Below, piece by piece: positions 37,952 to 47,226 of a stretch of DNA of 64,000 bases. The stretch comes from an uncultured Bacteroidales bacterium (lineage in GTDB: Bacteria > Bacteroidota > Bacteroidia > Bacteroidales > FEN-979). How positions within the stretch are numbered: the first letter of the stretch is position 1; each line of letters begins with the position of its first letter. The notes beneath the pieces were generated by a model, which worked only from the letters and a program-made list of their open reading frames with translations, was not told the origin of the DNA and ran no database searches. The stretch lies in the NCBI GenBank assembly GCA_903903985.1, contig CAIVAT010000006.1, forward strand, positions 18,635 through 82,634, in the 5' to 3' direction. A program made the position numbers and the translations under genes.

Positions 37952-37994
37952 TGATTGCAAAGACAGCAGTTCCCTGGTTTAATTTTAATCATGT

Positions 37995-38615
37995 ATGATG
38001 GGAGATTATCGGTTACCTTTTACTGCAATGTTTGTATTTATGCTTGGAATTTCCATTTCGATGTTTGCCCAATCCTGGGATTTTATCAAAGAAAAGGATG
38101 GCATAAAACTTTATACCTGCAAGGATGCCGGAAAGTCATTGAAATCCTATAAAGGGGTTACTGATATCAAAGCGCCGGCAGATAAGGTTTTTGCACTGCT
38201 TGAGGACGTGAATCATACGGAATGGTGGGATAAGAACGTCAACCAGATCAAAGTGCTGCTTTATGAAAAATACAAACGGGCGCAGTACTACATGGTATAT
38301 GATTTACCCTGGCCGGTAACTGATCGTGACCTTTGTGTGGATGTGACCGTTACTACCGACCGGGTAACCGGTGTGAGCAGGATCATGGCGGTTCCGCTCA
38401 CCGGTGTCGTTCCTGAACGCGAGGGCATGATACGCATCAAAGATTACCGTCAAACCTGGACCGTCAAACCTGCCGGCAACGAGTTGACCCATGTGGTGCT
38501 CGAAGGTTTTGTTGACCCGGCAGGAAGCATACCTGACTGGATCTCCAACATGCTGATCGTCGATTCACCGCTGAAGGTCATCAATGGGGTCAAATTGCGT
38601 CTGGAAAAAAAATAG
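37995..38615 (+). CDS. Secreted START/SRPBCC lipid-binding domain protein
   Basis: Signal peptide, then W.FIKEKDGIKLY...YKGV..I.A....V..LL.D......W (a START-like pattern). Confidence 0.65.
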   Translation: MMGDYRLPFTAMFVFMLGISISMFAQSWDFIKEKDGIKLYTCKDAGKSLKSYKGVTDIKAPADKVFALLEDVNHTEWWDKNVNQIKVLLYEKYKRAQYYMVYDLPWPVTDRDLCVDVTVTTDRVTGVSRIMAVPLTGVVPEREGMIRIKDYRQTWTVKPAGNELTHVVLEGFVDPAGSIPDWISNMLIVDSPLKVINGVKLRLEKK

Positions 38616-38674
38616 GCCTGTTCATTATGGTTTCCCTGTTAAAAAAGGATCTGATCAAAAAATAAACCAGCATC

Positions 38675-39319
38675 ATGGATTCATACCTGCAAATATTCGA
38701 AAACAACAAAGCGTGGGTGAAAAGTAAACTTGCTCTTGATGAACATTTTTTCGAAAAACTTTCCAGGGAGCAAAAACCGCATTACCTGTACATTGGCTGC
38801 TCCGACAGCCGGGTACCGGCCAATGTGATCATGGGGCTGGATGAAGGCGAAGTGTTTGTTCACCGCAACATTGCAAACCTGGTTGTTGCTACCGACACCA
38901 ACATCAATGCGGTGATCCAGTATGCGGTTGAATTCCTGGAAATACAGCACATCATTGTTTGCGGGCATTATGACTGCGGTGGCGTGAAGGCGGCATTGCA
39001 CCCCACGGACATGGGACAACTGAACAGCTGGCTGCAAACCTTGCGCGATGTATACCGCATCCATCAGAAGGAACTGGATGAAATGACCGATCCGCATCAT
39101 AAATTCGACAGGCTGGTTGAACTGAATGTGATTGAGCAATGTGTCAATATTGCCAAGATCGATCATGTTCAGCGCAGATGGTACCAAACCGGCTTTCCAA
39201 AAATCCATGCCTGGGTGTACGACCTTCAAAACGGCCTTCTGAAAGAGCTGGACGTGAACCTGGGAGATTATTTCTCGGGCATCAGGAGTATCTATGACCT
39301 GCGCATTGCCGAGGATTGA
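38675..39319 (+). CDS. Beta-class carbonic anhydrase
   Basis: Zinc ligand motifs CSDSRVP and GHYDCGG, with a typical length. Confidence 0.9.
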   Translation: MDSYLQIFENNKAWVKSKLALDEHFFEKLSREQKPHYLYIGCSDSRVPANVIMGLDEGEVFVHRNIANLVVATDTNINAVIQYAVEFLEIQHIIVCGHYDCGGVKAALHPTDMGQLNSWLQTLRDVYRIHQKELDEMTDPHHKFDRLVELNVIEQCVNIAKIDHVQRRWYQTGFPKIHAWVYDLQNGLLKELDVNLGDYFSGIRSIYDLRIAED

Positions 39320-39358
39320 TCCTTGACAATTTACGATTTAAGAAACAGGAGTAAATGG

Positions 39359-40060
39359 TTATTGGACTAATTTCCTGAATGATAATTTCATTCCGATCAC
39401 CGGATTTTCGATGATGATTTTTAGCGGGAAACCATCTTTATATTTATCAAAGGTGATGATCGCCGGGTCGGCAATGTTTGACCTGGCAGCAATGCGATAC
39501 AGTGTGTCGCCTGCCGCAGAATAGGTTTGCCAGGCATGGTACTTCCCGGCTTTTCCTAAAACAACCAGGTTGTTGGTAGTGGCCTGGCGATAGAAATTCT
39601 CATTTTTTAATGCACCCGACCAGAGGAGAATTCTGAAATCGGTTTCGAAGATATGCATGAGTGCTTTTTTATTCAAAGATGCAAAACAGGAAATTACGTT
39701 AAAACTGTCCGCTTTCATTTCCAGGTCAAAAAAAGTCATCCCAACCTCATTTACAAAAACAATCCGATATGTGGCAGCACAAACTCCCCTCCCTGTTTGG
39801 GGAGGGGCCGCGGGTGGGGTATTCCCTTTTTGGGCCGGAGGCGGGGTGAACAGTGAATCCATCCTCTTTATGACCAGCAATCCTGTAAGATGGTGCTTTT
39901 TAATGTCGAGCGTGGCTTTGAAAACGTGGGACGTAAGACGTAAGATGTCCAAACTCTCATGTCTCATCTCTAACGTCTCACGTTTCAAGTTCTCCGGTTT
40001 AATCGAAACACAGCCGGCTATCAGCAACAGCATCAGACTAGCGTACCGTAAACATTTCAT
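39359..40060 (-). CDS. Hypothetical lipoprotein, last gene of the pigment-type cluster
   Basis: Lipobox MKCLRYASLMLLLIAGC at the preferred start ATG 40060. It contains the in-frame family B repeat. Confidence 0.6.
   Translation of the reverse strand: MKCLRYASLMLLLIAGCVSIKPENLKRETLEMRHESLDILRLTSHVFKATLDIKKHHLTGLLVIKRMDSLFTPPPAQKGNTPPAAPPQTGRGVCAATYRIVFVNEVGMTFFDLEMKADSFNVISCFASLNKKALMHIFETDFRILLWSGALKNENFYRQATTNNLVVLGKAGKYHAWQTYSAAGDTLYRIAARSNIADPAIITFDKYKDGFPLKIIIENPVIGMKLSFRKLVQ
39920..39986. repeat. Family B palindromic element (GAAACGTGAGACGTAAGACG words) in frame within a CDS
   Basis: gaaaacgtgggacgtaagacgtaagatg...catgtctcatctctaacgtctcacgtttc is an imperfect palindrome. A half-copy gaaacgtgagacgtaagacgt lies at 61230-61250. 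Confidence 0.65.
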
Positions 40061-40706
40061 CTGCAATGGGTTGGTTGAGTCTCTTGGCGGAGAAGCTGAT
40101 CCTGGTAAAATCGCCGCCGGCTTCATTTATTTCAATCCGGGTCACTGTAACATCTTTCCGGTCGAACCAGATCACAATTTCAGACAGAGATTCTTTCAGT
40201 TGAGGTGCCAGTGTTTTCAGCCTGACCATCCAGGAAGCCGGGGTTTCAAAAAATGAGGCACTGAAATTCTGTTCATCGGTAAGCAGGGTTCCCTGGATAC
40301 TGCCAAGGATAATGCGGTTGATTTCAAGAAAGATCTTGTTCGACTTCAGGCTGATCTGATTTATCTTTTCCTCATCCCTGATGTATATTTTGTCGTTGTT
40401 GATGATGATGAGATATGCAAACGGTGACAGGTATTCCCAACGGAGCTTTTTCTCTTTTTTGAGATAGAATTTACCTCTGGAAATGATTTTCTCTGATATC
40501 ATGTTCATCTCTTTTTCCTGGATGAAATCACAGGAAATGGTGGTAGTTTGCTGCGACACCTCTTTTACACGGTTCCTGAGTGAAGCGATGGATGGAGCAT
40601 CCATGGGTGTGTTCTGGGAAATGGCCCGGAGCGGGAACAGGGCCGGCAAACCGGCCATGATATATAAGATCAGCCTACAGGTAAAAGAAACTTTATTCTT
40701 GTGCAT
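40038..40706 (-). CDS. LolA-like outer-membrane lipoprotein carrier family protein
   Basis: Signal peptide, a size of ~200 aa and this position are as in flexirubin/aryl-polyene clusters. The pattern F.Q.K........S.G.....K....RW.Y is LolA-like. Confidence 0.65.
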   Translation of the reverse strand: MHKNKVSFTCRLILYIMAGLPALFPLRAISQNTPMDAPSIASLRNRVKEVSQQTTTISCDFIQEKEMNMISEKIISRGKFYLKKEKKLRWEYLSPFAYLIIINNDKIYIRDEEKINQISLKSNKIFLEINRIILGSIQGTLLTDEQNFSASFFETPASWMVRLKTLAPQLKESLSEIVIWFDRKDVTVTRIEINEAGGDFTRISFSAKRLNQPIADEMFTVR

Positions 40707-41499
40707 GAGCAGGTATATTCAGCAATTTATCCAGCGGTACAACCGTATATCCCGCTTGCCGGATGGCAACGAGCAGTTCATCGAGATGATTCCCGGTGAA
40801 GAGCGTATCATCGTGCAGCAGGATGATTGATCCGGGTTTCAGTTTCCTGATAATCTTTGTTTTAATTTTTTCAGGATTATTGTTTAAGGTGTCAAATGAG
40901 CGGATATTCCAGCAAACCGCCTTCCAGGGCATGTGTTTCAATGCATTGCTTACCATCGGGTTCACTACCCCGTATGGAGGCCGGAAAAACAACGGCGATT
41001 TGCCGGTGATATTTTTCAGGAGGTGGTCTGTCTCCAGCAATTCGGCTCTGATCTTGTGGGCCGGGAAAAAATCGAACCATTTGGAATGGGAAAACGAGTG
41101 GTTGCCGATCACATGTCCATCATCAATCAATCGCTTTACGATCCATTCATTGCCAGCAATTTTTTTGCCTATGACAAAGAAGGCGGCGTAAACCTGGTGT
41201 TTTCTTAAAATCTCAAGAACCAGGGGAGTTTTAACCGGGTCAGGCCCATCATCGAAGGTGATGGAAACTGATTTTTCATCAGTTGTTCCGCGGCAAAGAA
41301 CCGGGTGATGAAAATTGGAGCATGGAAGGAAAGCCATGGCGAAGGAACATCCAAAATAGCAGGAGAACAACAGGCTGTATAACAGGACGGCATTTATGTT
41401 TACAAAGCTCACGGCGGATTTACCGGGAATAACATTCCACAGGTTCAGGCAGAGGAGGATAATAAAGAAAAACAGGGTCAGGCGTCGAAATGTAAACAT
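40693..41499 (-). CDS. Membrane-anchored polysaccharide deacetylase (NodB homology domain)
   Basis: ITFDDGPDP, AAFFVIG, GNHSFSH and RPPYG motifs. Confidence 0.85.
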   Translation of the reverse strand: MFTFRRLTLFFFIILLCLNLWNVIPGKSAVSFVNINAVLLYSLLFSCYFGCSFAMAFLPCSNFHHPVLCRGTTDEKSVSITFDDGPDPVKTPLVLEILRKHQVYAAFFVIGKKIAGNEWIVKRLIDDGHVIGNHSFSHSKWFDFFPAHKIRAELLETDHLLKNITGKSPLFFRPPYGVVNPMVSNALKHMPWKAVCWNIRSFDTLNNNPEKIKTKIIRKLKPGSIILLHDDTLFTGNHLDELLVAIRQAGYTVVPLDKLLNIPAHAQE

Positions 41500-42588
41500 T
41501 TACGGGCGGCTTAGCAGGATGAATGCATGGTTGTTTCCCATGAAATGATTGTAAATGAGCACATGTTCATAAATGGTTGATTTTGGTGAGGATTTCAGAC
41601 ACACTGCCCCGGGAACCAACTGTGTGCTGATAACCTGTGCAGCCAACCAAGCAGCAAAAGCCGATGCTGTGTGATATTCGCCGCAAAGGTGCTTGAAATA
41701 AGCCAGCGGTGTATCCGCAAAATCTTTGCCTGCCAGGAACTTGTATACCTGGTCCGTTCGCGGATTCCCATTTAACCCCATGAACACCAGGTCTATATCG
41801 TTCGTGGTCAGTCCGGCGGTTGCAAGAAAATCATGGACCCTTTTGCTGACTTCTTTTTCTGACGCGGGTTTCAGAAAGGTGGTGACCCCCATCAGCCTGG
41901 CATATGTATGTTCATTCTGATAATTTTCGAGGAAAAAAAAGGTGGCGCCTTCACCGGCGATGGTCCCACGCTGCCGATCATCGAGCAGGTTTTTAGTATC
42001 AACAGGTTTTCGTTTCCAGTAGCCCAAACGGGATGTGATGGCAAAGGAATTCACCGTGAGTTCATCGGTGCCACCCACAAGGGCATCAGACAATTCACCC
42101 ATCTCAAACTGCGTCATGGCATCGAGCAGGGCGCTTTCGAATGAAACTCCCCGGTGCACATAGGTGAAATTATAACCATGGCATTTGATCAACAGGGCGA
42201 TCTGGCCGGCAACCGTATTGTGCGTGCTCTGAATAAAGGAAGTTGGAGTGAGAAACTCTTCCTTGTTCCTGATCATGGAAGTGAGGAATTTTTCCGTATC
42301 CTCCATGCATCCCAACCCGGTACCTGTGATGATGGCCTGGGGAATGATTTCCCGTTCCATGTTTGAACCGGAACTGCTGCCCGCATCCCTGAGGCATAAT
42401 TTTGATGCGGTGACCCCCATTTTGATGATGCGGCCCATTCTCCGGATCATTTCAGCCGGGATGAATTCCTTATAACCCGGGTCGGCACACCTGAGCTGAT
42501 TGGCCTCAAAAAACAGCGGTTCTACCAGTAATGCCTTTTGTGGCGATACACTGCCGAGCCCGTTGATGTATACTGGTGTGTTGGTCAT
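41500..42588 (-). CDS. KS-like protein lacking the active-site Cys (chain-length-factor-like partner)
   Basis: Thiolase-fold pattern, but the nucleophile position reads IQSTHNTVAG. It is a paralog of 44020-45078. Confidence 0.8.
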   Translation of the reverse strand: MTNTPVYINGLGSVSPQKALLVEPLFFEANQLRCADPGYKEFIPAEMIRRMGRIIKMGVTASKLCLRDAGSSSGSNMEREIIPQAIITGTGLGCMEDTEKFLTSMIRNKEEFLTPTSFIQSTHNTVAGQIALLIKCHGYNFTYVHRGVSFESALLDAMTQFEMGELSDALVGGTDELTVNSFAITSRLGYWKRKPVDTKNLLDDRQRGTIAGEGATFFFLENYQNEHTYARLMGVTTFLKPASEKEVSKRVHDFLATAGLTTNDIDLVFMGLNGNPRTDQVYKFLAGKDFADTPLAYFKHLCGEYHTASAFAAWLAAQVISTQLVPGAVCLKSSPKSTIYEHVLIYNHFMGNNHAFILLSRP

Positions 42589-42628
42589 TGGTGTTTATTG
42601 TTTTAAAGGGGTAAAACCTTGTCCCGGG

Positions 42629-43846
42629 TCACGCGTCACCTGTTACGTAACGTGACAGGACCACGGCAGAATTATTTCCGCCAAATCCGAACGAATTGGA
42701 CAGAACGTGGCGTATCGATGCGTTATGGTTGGTTGTTACCGGCCTGTTGTGCAATTCCTTCATCGGGATCGAAAAACCCAGGTTGGAAAAAACAACCTGG
42801 TGTTTCAACGCCAGGACAGAGATCACGGCTTCAACAGCCCCGGCGGCTCCGAGTGTATGTCCGGTAAATCCTTTGGTAGAACTGTAGGGTGGCACATGTT
42901 CCCCGAAGATACGCTCGATGGCAATCCCTTCGGAGAGGTCGTTGTTTTGCGTACCGGTGCCGTGTACGTTGATGTAATCGATGTCGTTGGGCTGAAGTTT
43001 GCTCATGGCAATGGCTTTCGACATGGCCATGAAGGCCCCTGTGCCGTCGGGCGAAGAGGCCGTTTGATGGTATGCATCATTGGCATTGCCATAGCCTGAA
43101 ACTTCCGCCAGGATGTTTTTCCCATCTTTCATGACAACCTCTTCCGATTCCAGTACCAGGAAAGCTGCTCCTTCGCCCAGCGTGAGCCCGGCCCTGTTTT
43201 CGTCAAAGGGATGGCAACCGGTTTTGTCCAGGATCATCAGGGTATTGAAACCATTGAGCGTGAATCTGGTAACGGCATCGGTACCACCCACTACCACTCG
43301 GTCAAGTTGACCGGTTTTGATGAGGTTCGAGCCGAACATCAGGGCATTTACCGATGAGGAGCAGGCCGTGCTGATGGTGGTGACCAGGTCGCTGATCCCC
43401 AGGTGGCTGGCAATCCGTTCGGTGCTGTCGCCACAGTCGTGGTTCACCACATCGATGAGGCGGCCTCTGGCTGGATCGGAGAGGAATGACGCGTAGAAAT
43501 CTTCGCTCCGGTCCATGCCGCCAACGGTAGATGCAGAAATAAGACCGGTTTTATATTGATGGATATTGCTGATTCCAGCTGATCCCAGCGCTTCCTTTGC
43601 AGCCTTCATCCCCAGCAGGGCGGTACGGGTGAGATTTTTTTTGCCTGCCTTGCCAACCTCTTCAAGCAATTCTTCTGTGGTCATTTTTACTTCGGCCATG
43701 GGGATGATCCCCTTATGCATAGTGTTAAACAATGTAATTTCTCCTATTCCTGTTTTCCCGGCAAGCAGGGATTGGAATGTTTCTTCAACATTTTTCCCGA
43801 TGGCACATACAATCCCGATGCCGGTAATAAAAACCCGTTTTGACAT
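42629..43846 (-). CDS. Beta-ketoacyl-ACP synthase (FabF-like KS)
   Basis: [12 protein letters not shown] (Cys nucleophile), [11 protein letters not shown] and [14 protein letters not shown]. Confidence 0.9.
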   Translation of the reverse strand: MSKRVFITGIGIVCAIGKNVEETFQSLLAGKTGIGEITLFNTMHKGIIPMAEVKMTTEELLEEVGKAGKKNLTRTALLGMKAAKEALGSAGISNIHQYKTGLISASTVGGMDRSEDFYASFLSDPARGRLIDVVNHDCGDSTERIASHLGISDLVTTISTACSSSVNALMFGSNLIKTGQLDRVVVGGTDAVTRFTLNGFNTLMILDKTGCHPFDENRAGLTLGEGAAFLVLESEEVVMKDGKNILAEVSGYGNANDAYHQTASSPDGTGAFMAMSKAIAMSKLQPNDIDYINVHGTGTQNNDLSEGIAIERIFGEHVPPYSSTKGFTGHTLGAAGAVEAVISVLALKHQVVFSNLGFSIPMKELHNRPVTTNHNASIRHVLSNSFGFGGNNSAVVLSRYVTGDA

Positions 43847-44019
43847 GAAGCAATTCAATAATTTAAATGCAAAATTAACAGAATAAAATCAACCAGGGAA
43901 ATCCGGGACGAATTGGTGAAGCTACCCACCACAGTTCCTTTGGCGAAACGATGCACCCCCGGACCGTTCGGTGAATCTAACGATCCCTGCTTCTTGGGTA
44001 ACAATAATTTACGAACCTA

Positions 44020-45078
44020 CTAACATCCCTGTACCAGCATAAACGAATGGTTCACATCCCTGAATTGGTTATAAATCAAAATATTCCTAAGCTTTCCAGG
44101 AACGACTTGATTTAAATGTAAAACCACCGGGTAAACTGGCCTCCTCAGGATATTGGCAGCAACATACAACCCGAAACCAGTGGCCGTGTGGTACTCACCA
44201 CACAGGTGTTTGTACCATGCCTGCGCTTTCCCGGGGAAAAATTGGTTGGCAAAATGTGTATAAACCTGATCGTATTTGCAATCACCATTTACCCCAAGGA
44301 TCACCAGATCTATGTCGTTCGGTGACAGTTCATTTTTAGCAAGAAATTCCGGTAAAACCACTTCGGGCCGGAATGAACCATTCAGGTTGATGCAGGTCGC
44401 TACATCTTTCAGTTCAGCATAGGTTGACGAGCGCTTTTCGGTACCCAACACAAAAAAAGCAGCGCCTTCGCCAGGAAGCGCCCCGGGCGATTTTGTTTCA
44501 AGCAAGGCCAGGTTGTTTACGGGCTCCATCTTCCATTGCCCGATGCGGCGGGTGATCTGAAGGTGGTTCATGGTCATCTCATCGATGGCGCCAATAAGCA
44601 CATTCCTGGCCATTTCTTCCTCGATCTGCATCATCCCGTCAATCAATCCGCTCTCAAAAGAGAAAGTACGATGCACGTAGGTTGAGTTGTAGTTGTGGCA
44701 TTTCAGCTGGATGGCCACCTGAGAGCTGATGGTGTTGTAAGTCGATTGAATAAAGGGAGTCGGGTTCAGAAACCGTTCTTCGCTGGAAAGATCACCGAGG
44801 ATTTTTTCAGTATCCTCCACACTTCCCAAACCCGTCCCGGTAATGATGGCATCCGGCATGCTGCAACCTGCATCAGCCAGGCTGATTTTTGCAGAAGCAA
44901 TCCCCATTTTAATCAGGCGGCTCATGCGCCTTGACTGGATCGGGTCGATATAGGTCCTGTATGCCGGTTCAATGCACTTCAGGTAATCGGACGTATATTC
45001 CATGATCTCCGGCAGAAATTCCGTCGGGTCCACAGTCTTTTGGGGGGAAATTAAACCGATGCCGTTAATATATGCCAT
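44020..45078 (-). CDS. KS-like protein lacking the active-site Cys (chain-length-factor-like partner)
   Basis: IQSTYNTISSQ at the nucleophile position. Collinear with 41500-42588. Confidence 0.8.
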   Translation of the reverse strand: MAYINGIGLISPQKTVDPTEFLPEIMEYTSDYLKCIEPAYRTYIDPIQSRRMSRLIKMGIASAKISLADAGCSMPDAIITGTGLGSVEDTEKILGDLSSEERFLNPTPFIQSTYNTISSQVAIQLKCHNYNSTYVHRTFSFESGLIDGMMQIEEEMARNVLIGAIDEMTMNHLQITRRIGQWKMEPVNNLALLETKSPGALPGEGAAFFVLGTEKRSSTYAELKDVATCINLNGSFRPEVVLPEFLAKNELSPNDIDLVILGVNGDCKYDQVYTHFANQFFPGKAQAWYKHLCGEYHTATGFGLYVAANILRRPVYPVVLHLNQVVPGKLRNILIYNQFRDVNHSFMLVQGC

Positions 45079-45089
45079 TAACCTGATAA

Positions 45090-46304
45090 TTATAAAATGT
45101 CAGCATTGACTTTTTTGAAGATCAATGAAGTATCATTTCCCCCAAACCCGAACGAATTCGACATCACCACATTCACCGGAATATTGGTCATGAGCTTTTC
45201 AACAGGGGAGAAGCTGAGTTCTTCAATGCGCTCCTGGAAATTCAGGTTGGGCCAGGCCACCTGGTGCTGCAAACACATGATCGAAAGGATCGCTTCTGCA
45301 GAGCCTGCAGCGCTGGTGGTATGCCCGGTGAATGGTTTGGTTGAACTGACCAGGGGCATGCGGTTACCGAAGAGTTTTTCAAGAGCACGGCCCTCGGAGA
45401 GGTCGTTGTTGTCGGTACCGGTGCCATGTGCATTCACATAATCAATATCTTCGGGAGCCAATCCGCTGAGTTCAAGGGCTTTTTTCATGGCCAGGTAGGC
45501 CCCGGTGCCGTCGGGAGAGGAGGCTGTCTGATGAAAAGCCTCGCAGGCGTTACCCCAGCCCACCAGCTCGCACAAGGGTGTGTTGCCGGTTTTCCCGAGG
45601 CTTTCTCCCGATTCAAGAACCAGGTAGGCAGCGCCTTCGCCCAGGTTGATCCCGGCACGGTTCTGATCGAATGGCCTGCATGGATTTTTATCCAGGATCT
45701 TCAGGGCATTAAATCCATTGAGATGGAATTTCGTGAGTGCTTCGCAACCGCCGGCCAATACACGGTCAAGCCTGCCTGTACGGATCATGCGTGCACCGAG
45801 CATGATGGCATTGGCTGCAGATGAACAGGCCGTGCTGATGGTGGTCACAAAATCACTGATACCGAGCAGGCCGGCAATTTTTTCCGTACTGTCAGCACAG
45901 TCATAAGAATCAATGTAAGCGTTGCGGCTATCGTTGGTAAGGAAATCGCTGTAATAATTTTCGCAACGATCCATGCCACCCACGGTTGTAGCGGAGATCA
46001 GCCCGGTTTTTAATTCCCGGCAGTTATTCATACGGCCATTGACAAAAGCTTCCCGCGCGGCAATGATACCTAGCAAGGCATTTCTTGAATAGCCATCGGT
46101 GGGAGGGATGGCCGCCAGGGTAAAAAGCTCTTCCAGCGTTTTTCGAACTTCGCCGACAAGCAATTCGTTCTTAAGATAGGTGTCAACATAATGAACACGT
46201 CCTGTTCCAGGTTTTGACTGAAGCAGGGATTCAAGATGTTCCTCGATGTTGTTGCCGATGCAGGAAATGATGCCGAACCCGGTAATGAAAATCCGCTGAG
46301 GCAT
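45090..46304 (-). CDS. Beta-ketoacyl-ACP synthase (FabF-like KS)
   Basis: [23 protein letters not shown] and STKPFTGHTTSAAG. Confidence 0.9.
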   Translation of the reverse strand: MPQRIFITGFGIISCIGNNIEEHLESLLQSKPGTGRVHYVDTYLKNELLVGEVRKTLEELFTLAAIPPTDGYSRNALLGIIAAREAFVNGRMNNCRELKTGLISATTVGGMDRCENYYSDFLTNDSRNAYIDSYDCADSTEKIAGLLGISDFVTTISTACSSAANAIMLGARMIRTGRLDRVLAGGCEALTKFHLNGFNALKILDKNPCRPFDQNRAGINLGEGAAYLVLESGESLGKTGNTPLCELVGWGNACEAFHQTASSPDGTGAYLAMKKALELSGLAPEDIDYVNAHGTGTDNNDLSEGRALEKLFGNRMPLVSSTKPFTGHTTSAAGSAEAILSIMCLQHQVAWPNLNFQERIEELSFSPVEKLMTNIPVNVVMSNSFGFGGNDTSLIFKKVNADIL

Positions 46305-46310
46305 CGGGAC

Positions 46311-46565
46311 CTATTTTTTATGCTCTGTAATGTATTCTGCCATGGAACGGATGGAGAAGAAAATTTTCTTACCGTCTTTCGGATCCTCAATTTTTATTCC
46401 GTAATTCTTCTCCAGTAAAACAATCAGTTCAAGTGCATCAATCGAATCCAGCCCTAAACCTTCGCCAAACAATGCGGAATCCGGATTTATGTCATCGGGA
46501 GTAATATCTTCCAGGTTTAATTGCTCTATTACTTCTTTTTTAAGTTTTAAAATCAATTCATCCAT
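46311..46565 (-). CDS. Acyl carrier protein
   Basis: 84 aa, with the phosphopantetheine site LGLDSIDALEL. Confidence 0.9.
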   Translation of the reverse strand: MDELILKLKKEVIEQLNLEDITPDDINPDSALFGEGLGLDSIDALELIVLLEKNYGIKIEDPKDGKKIFFSIRSMAEYITEHKK

Positions 46566-46574
46566 AATATCAGA

Positions 46575-47225
46575 TCAGTTACGTTTCATTATAAAATTGA
46601 GATTTTCTGCGTTAAAAAGCATCGGTTTCATCCCGGATGCTCCGCCATTGCGGCAATGGTCTTCCTTTTCAACCATTACCATCATGGCATCGCATTTGTT
46701 TGCCAATACTTCAATCCAGCCGCATAAACAGGCTTCCACCCGTTCATTGTTAAATAACTCAGAAACATAATCATGCAATAAGCTGGCATTGAATGTTTCC
46801 GAGATCAAAAAGGCATTTTCTCCTTTGATTTTATTCCTGATGCATACCTCCCCGATGACGATGTTGGGCAGGGTATAGACAAAAACAGAAGGGCTCGGGA
46901 AATAACCTGAACGGTCCCTGATCGTTTCGTTATGGGCAAGGTCAGTATCAAGACTTGAACTTGCGTTTGACAAAACAACCCCGACCGATTCTCCCGGGTA
47001 TCCTGCTAATTTTGCATCCTTTAAAACCAGTTCAGTTGCAATGAACCCAAGCTTACTAACGGCATCCATCTTGTAAAACTTGGGATAAACAGTCTGCTCC
47101 TGTTTGAACACTGTTTTTATAAAGTCTGCAAATTTAATAATATTTTCCTGATAAAAGATGAGACGCCCGTTCACAATAACCTTGTTATCATGGAGACGAC
47201 TGTAGGAAGTGATGAAACGGTCCAT
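46575..47225 (-). CDS. Short KS-N-terminal-like partner protein of the kind seen in aryl-polyene/flexirubin clusters
   Basis: About 216 aa and no Cys nucleophile motif. It starts 1 nt after the stop of the upstream KS. The assignment rests on context and weak thiolase-like patterns. Confidence 0.5.
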   Translation of the reverse strand: MDRFITSYSRLHDNKVIVNGRLIFYQENIIKFADFIKTVFKQEQTVYPKFYKMDAVSKLGFIATELVLKDAKLAGYPGESVGVVLSNASSSLDTDLAHNETIRDRSGYFPSPSVFVYTLPNIVIGEVCIRNKIKGENAFLISETFNASLLHDYVSELFNNERVEACLCGWIEVLANKCDAMMVMVEKEDHCRNGGASGMKPMLFNAENLNFIMKRN

Positions 47226-47226
47226 T

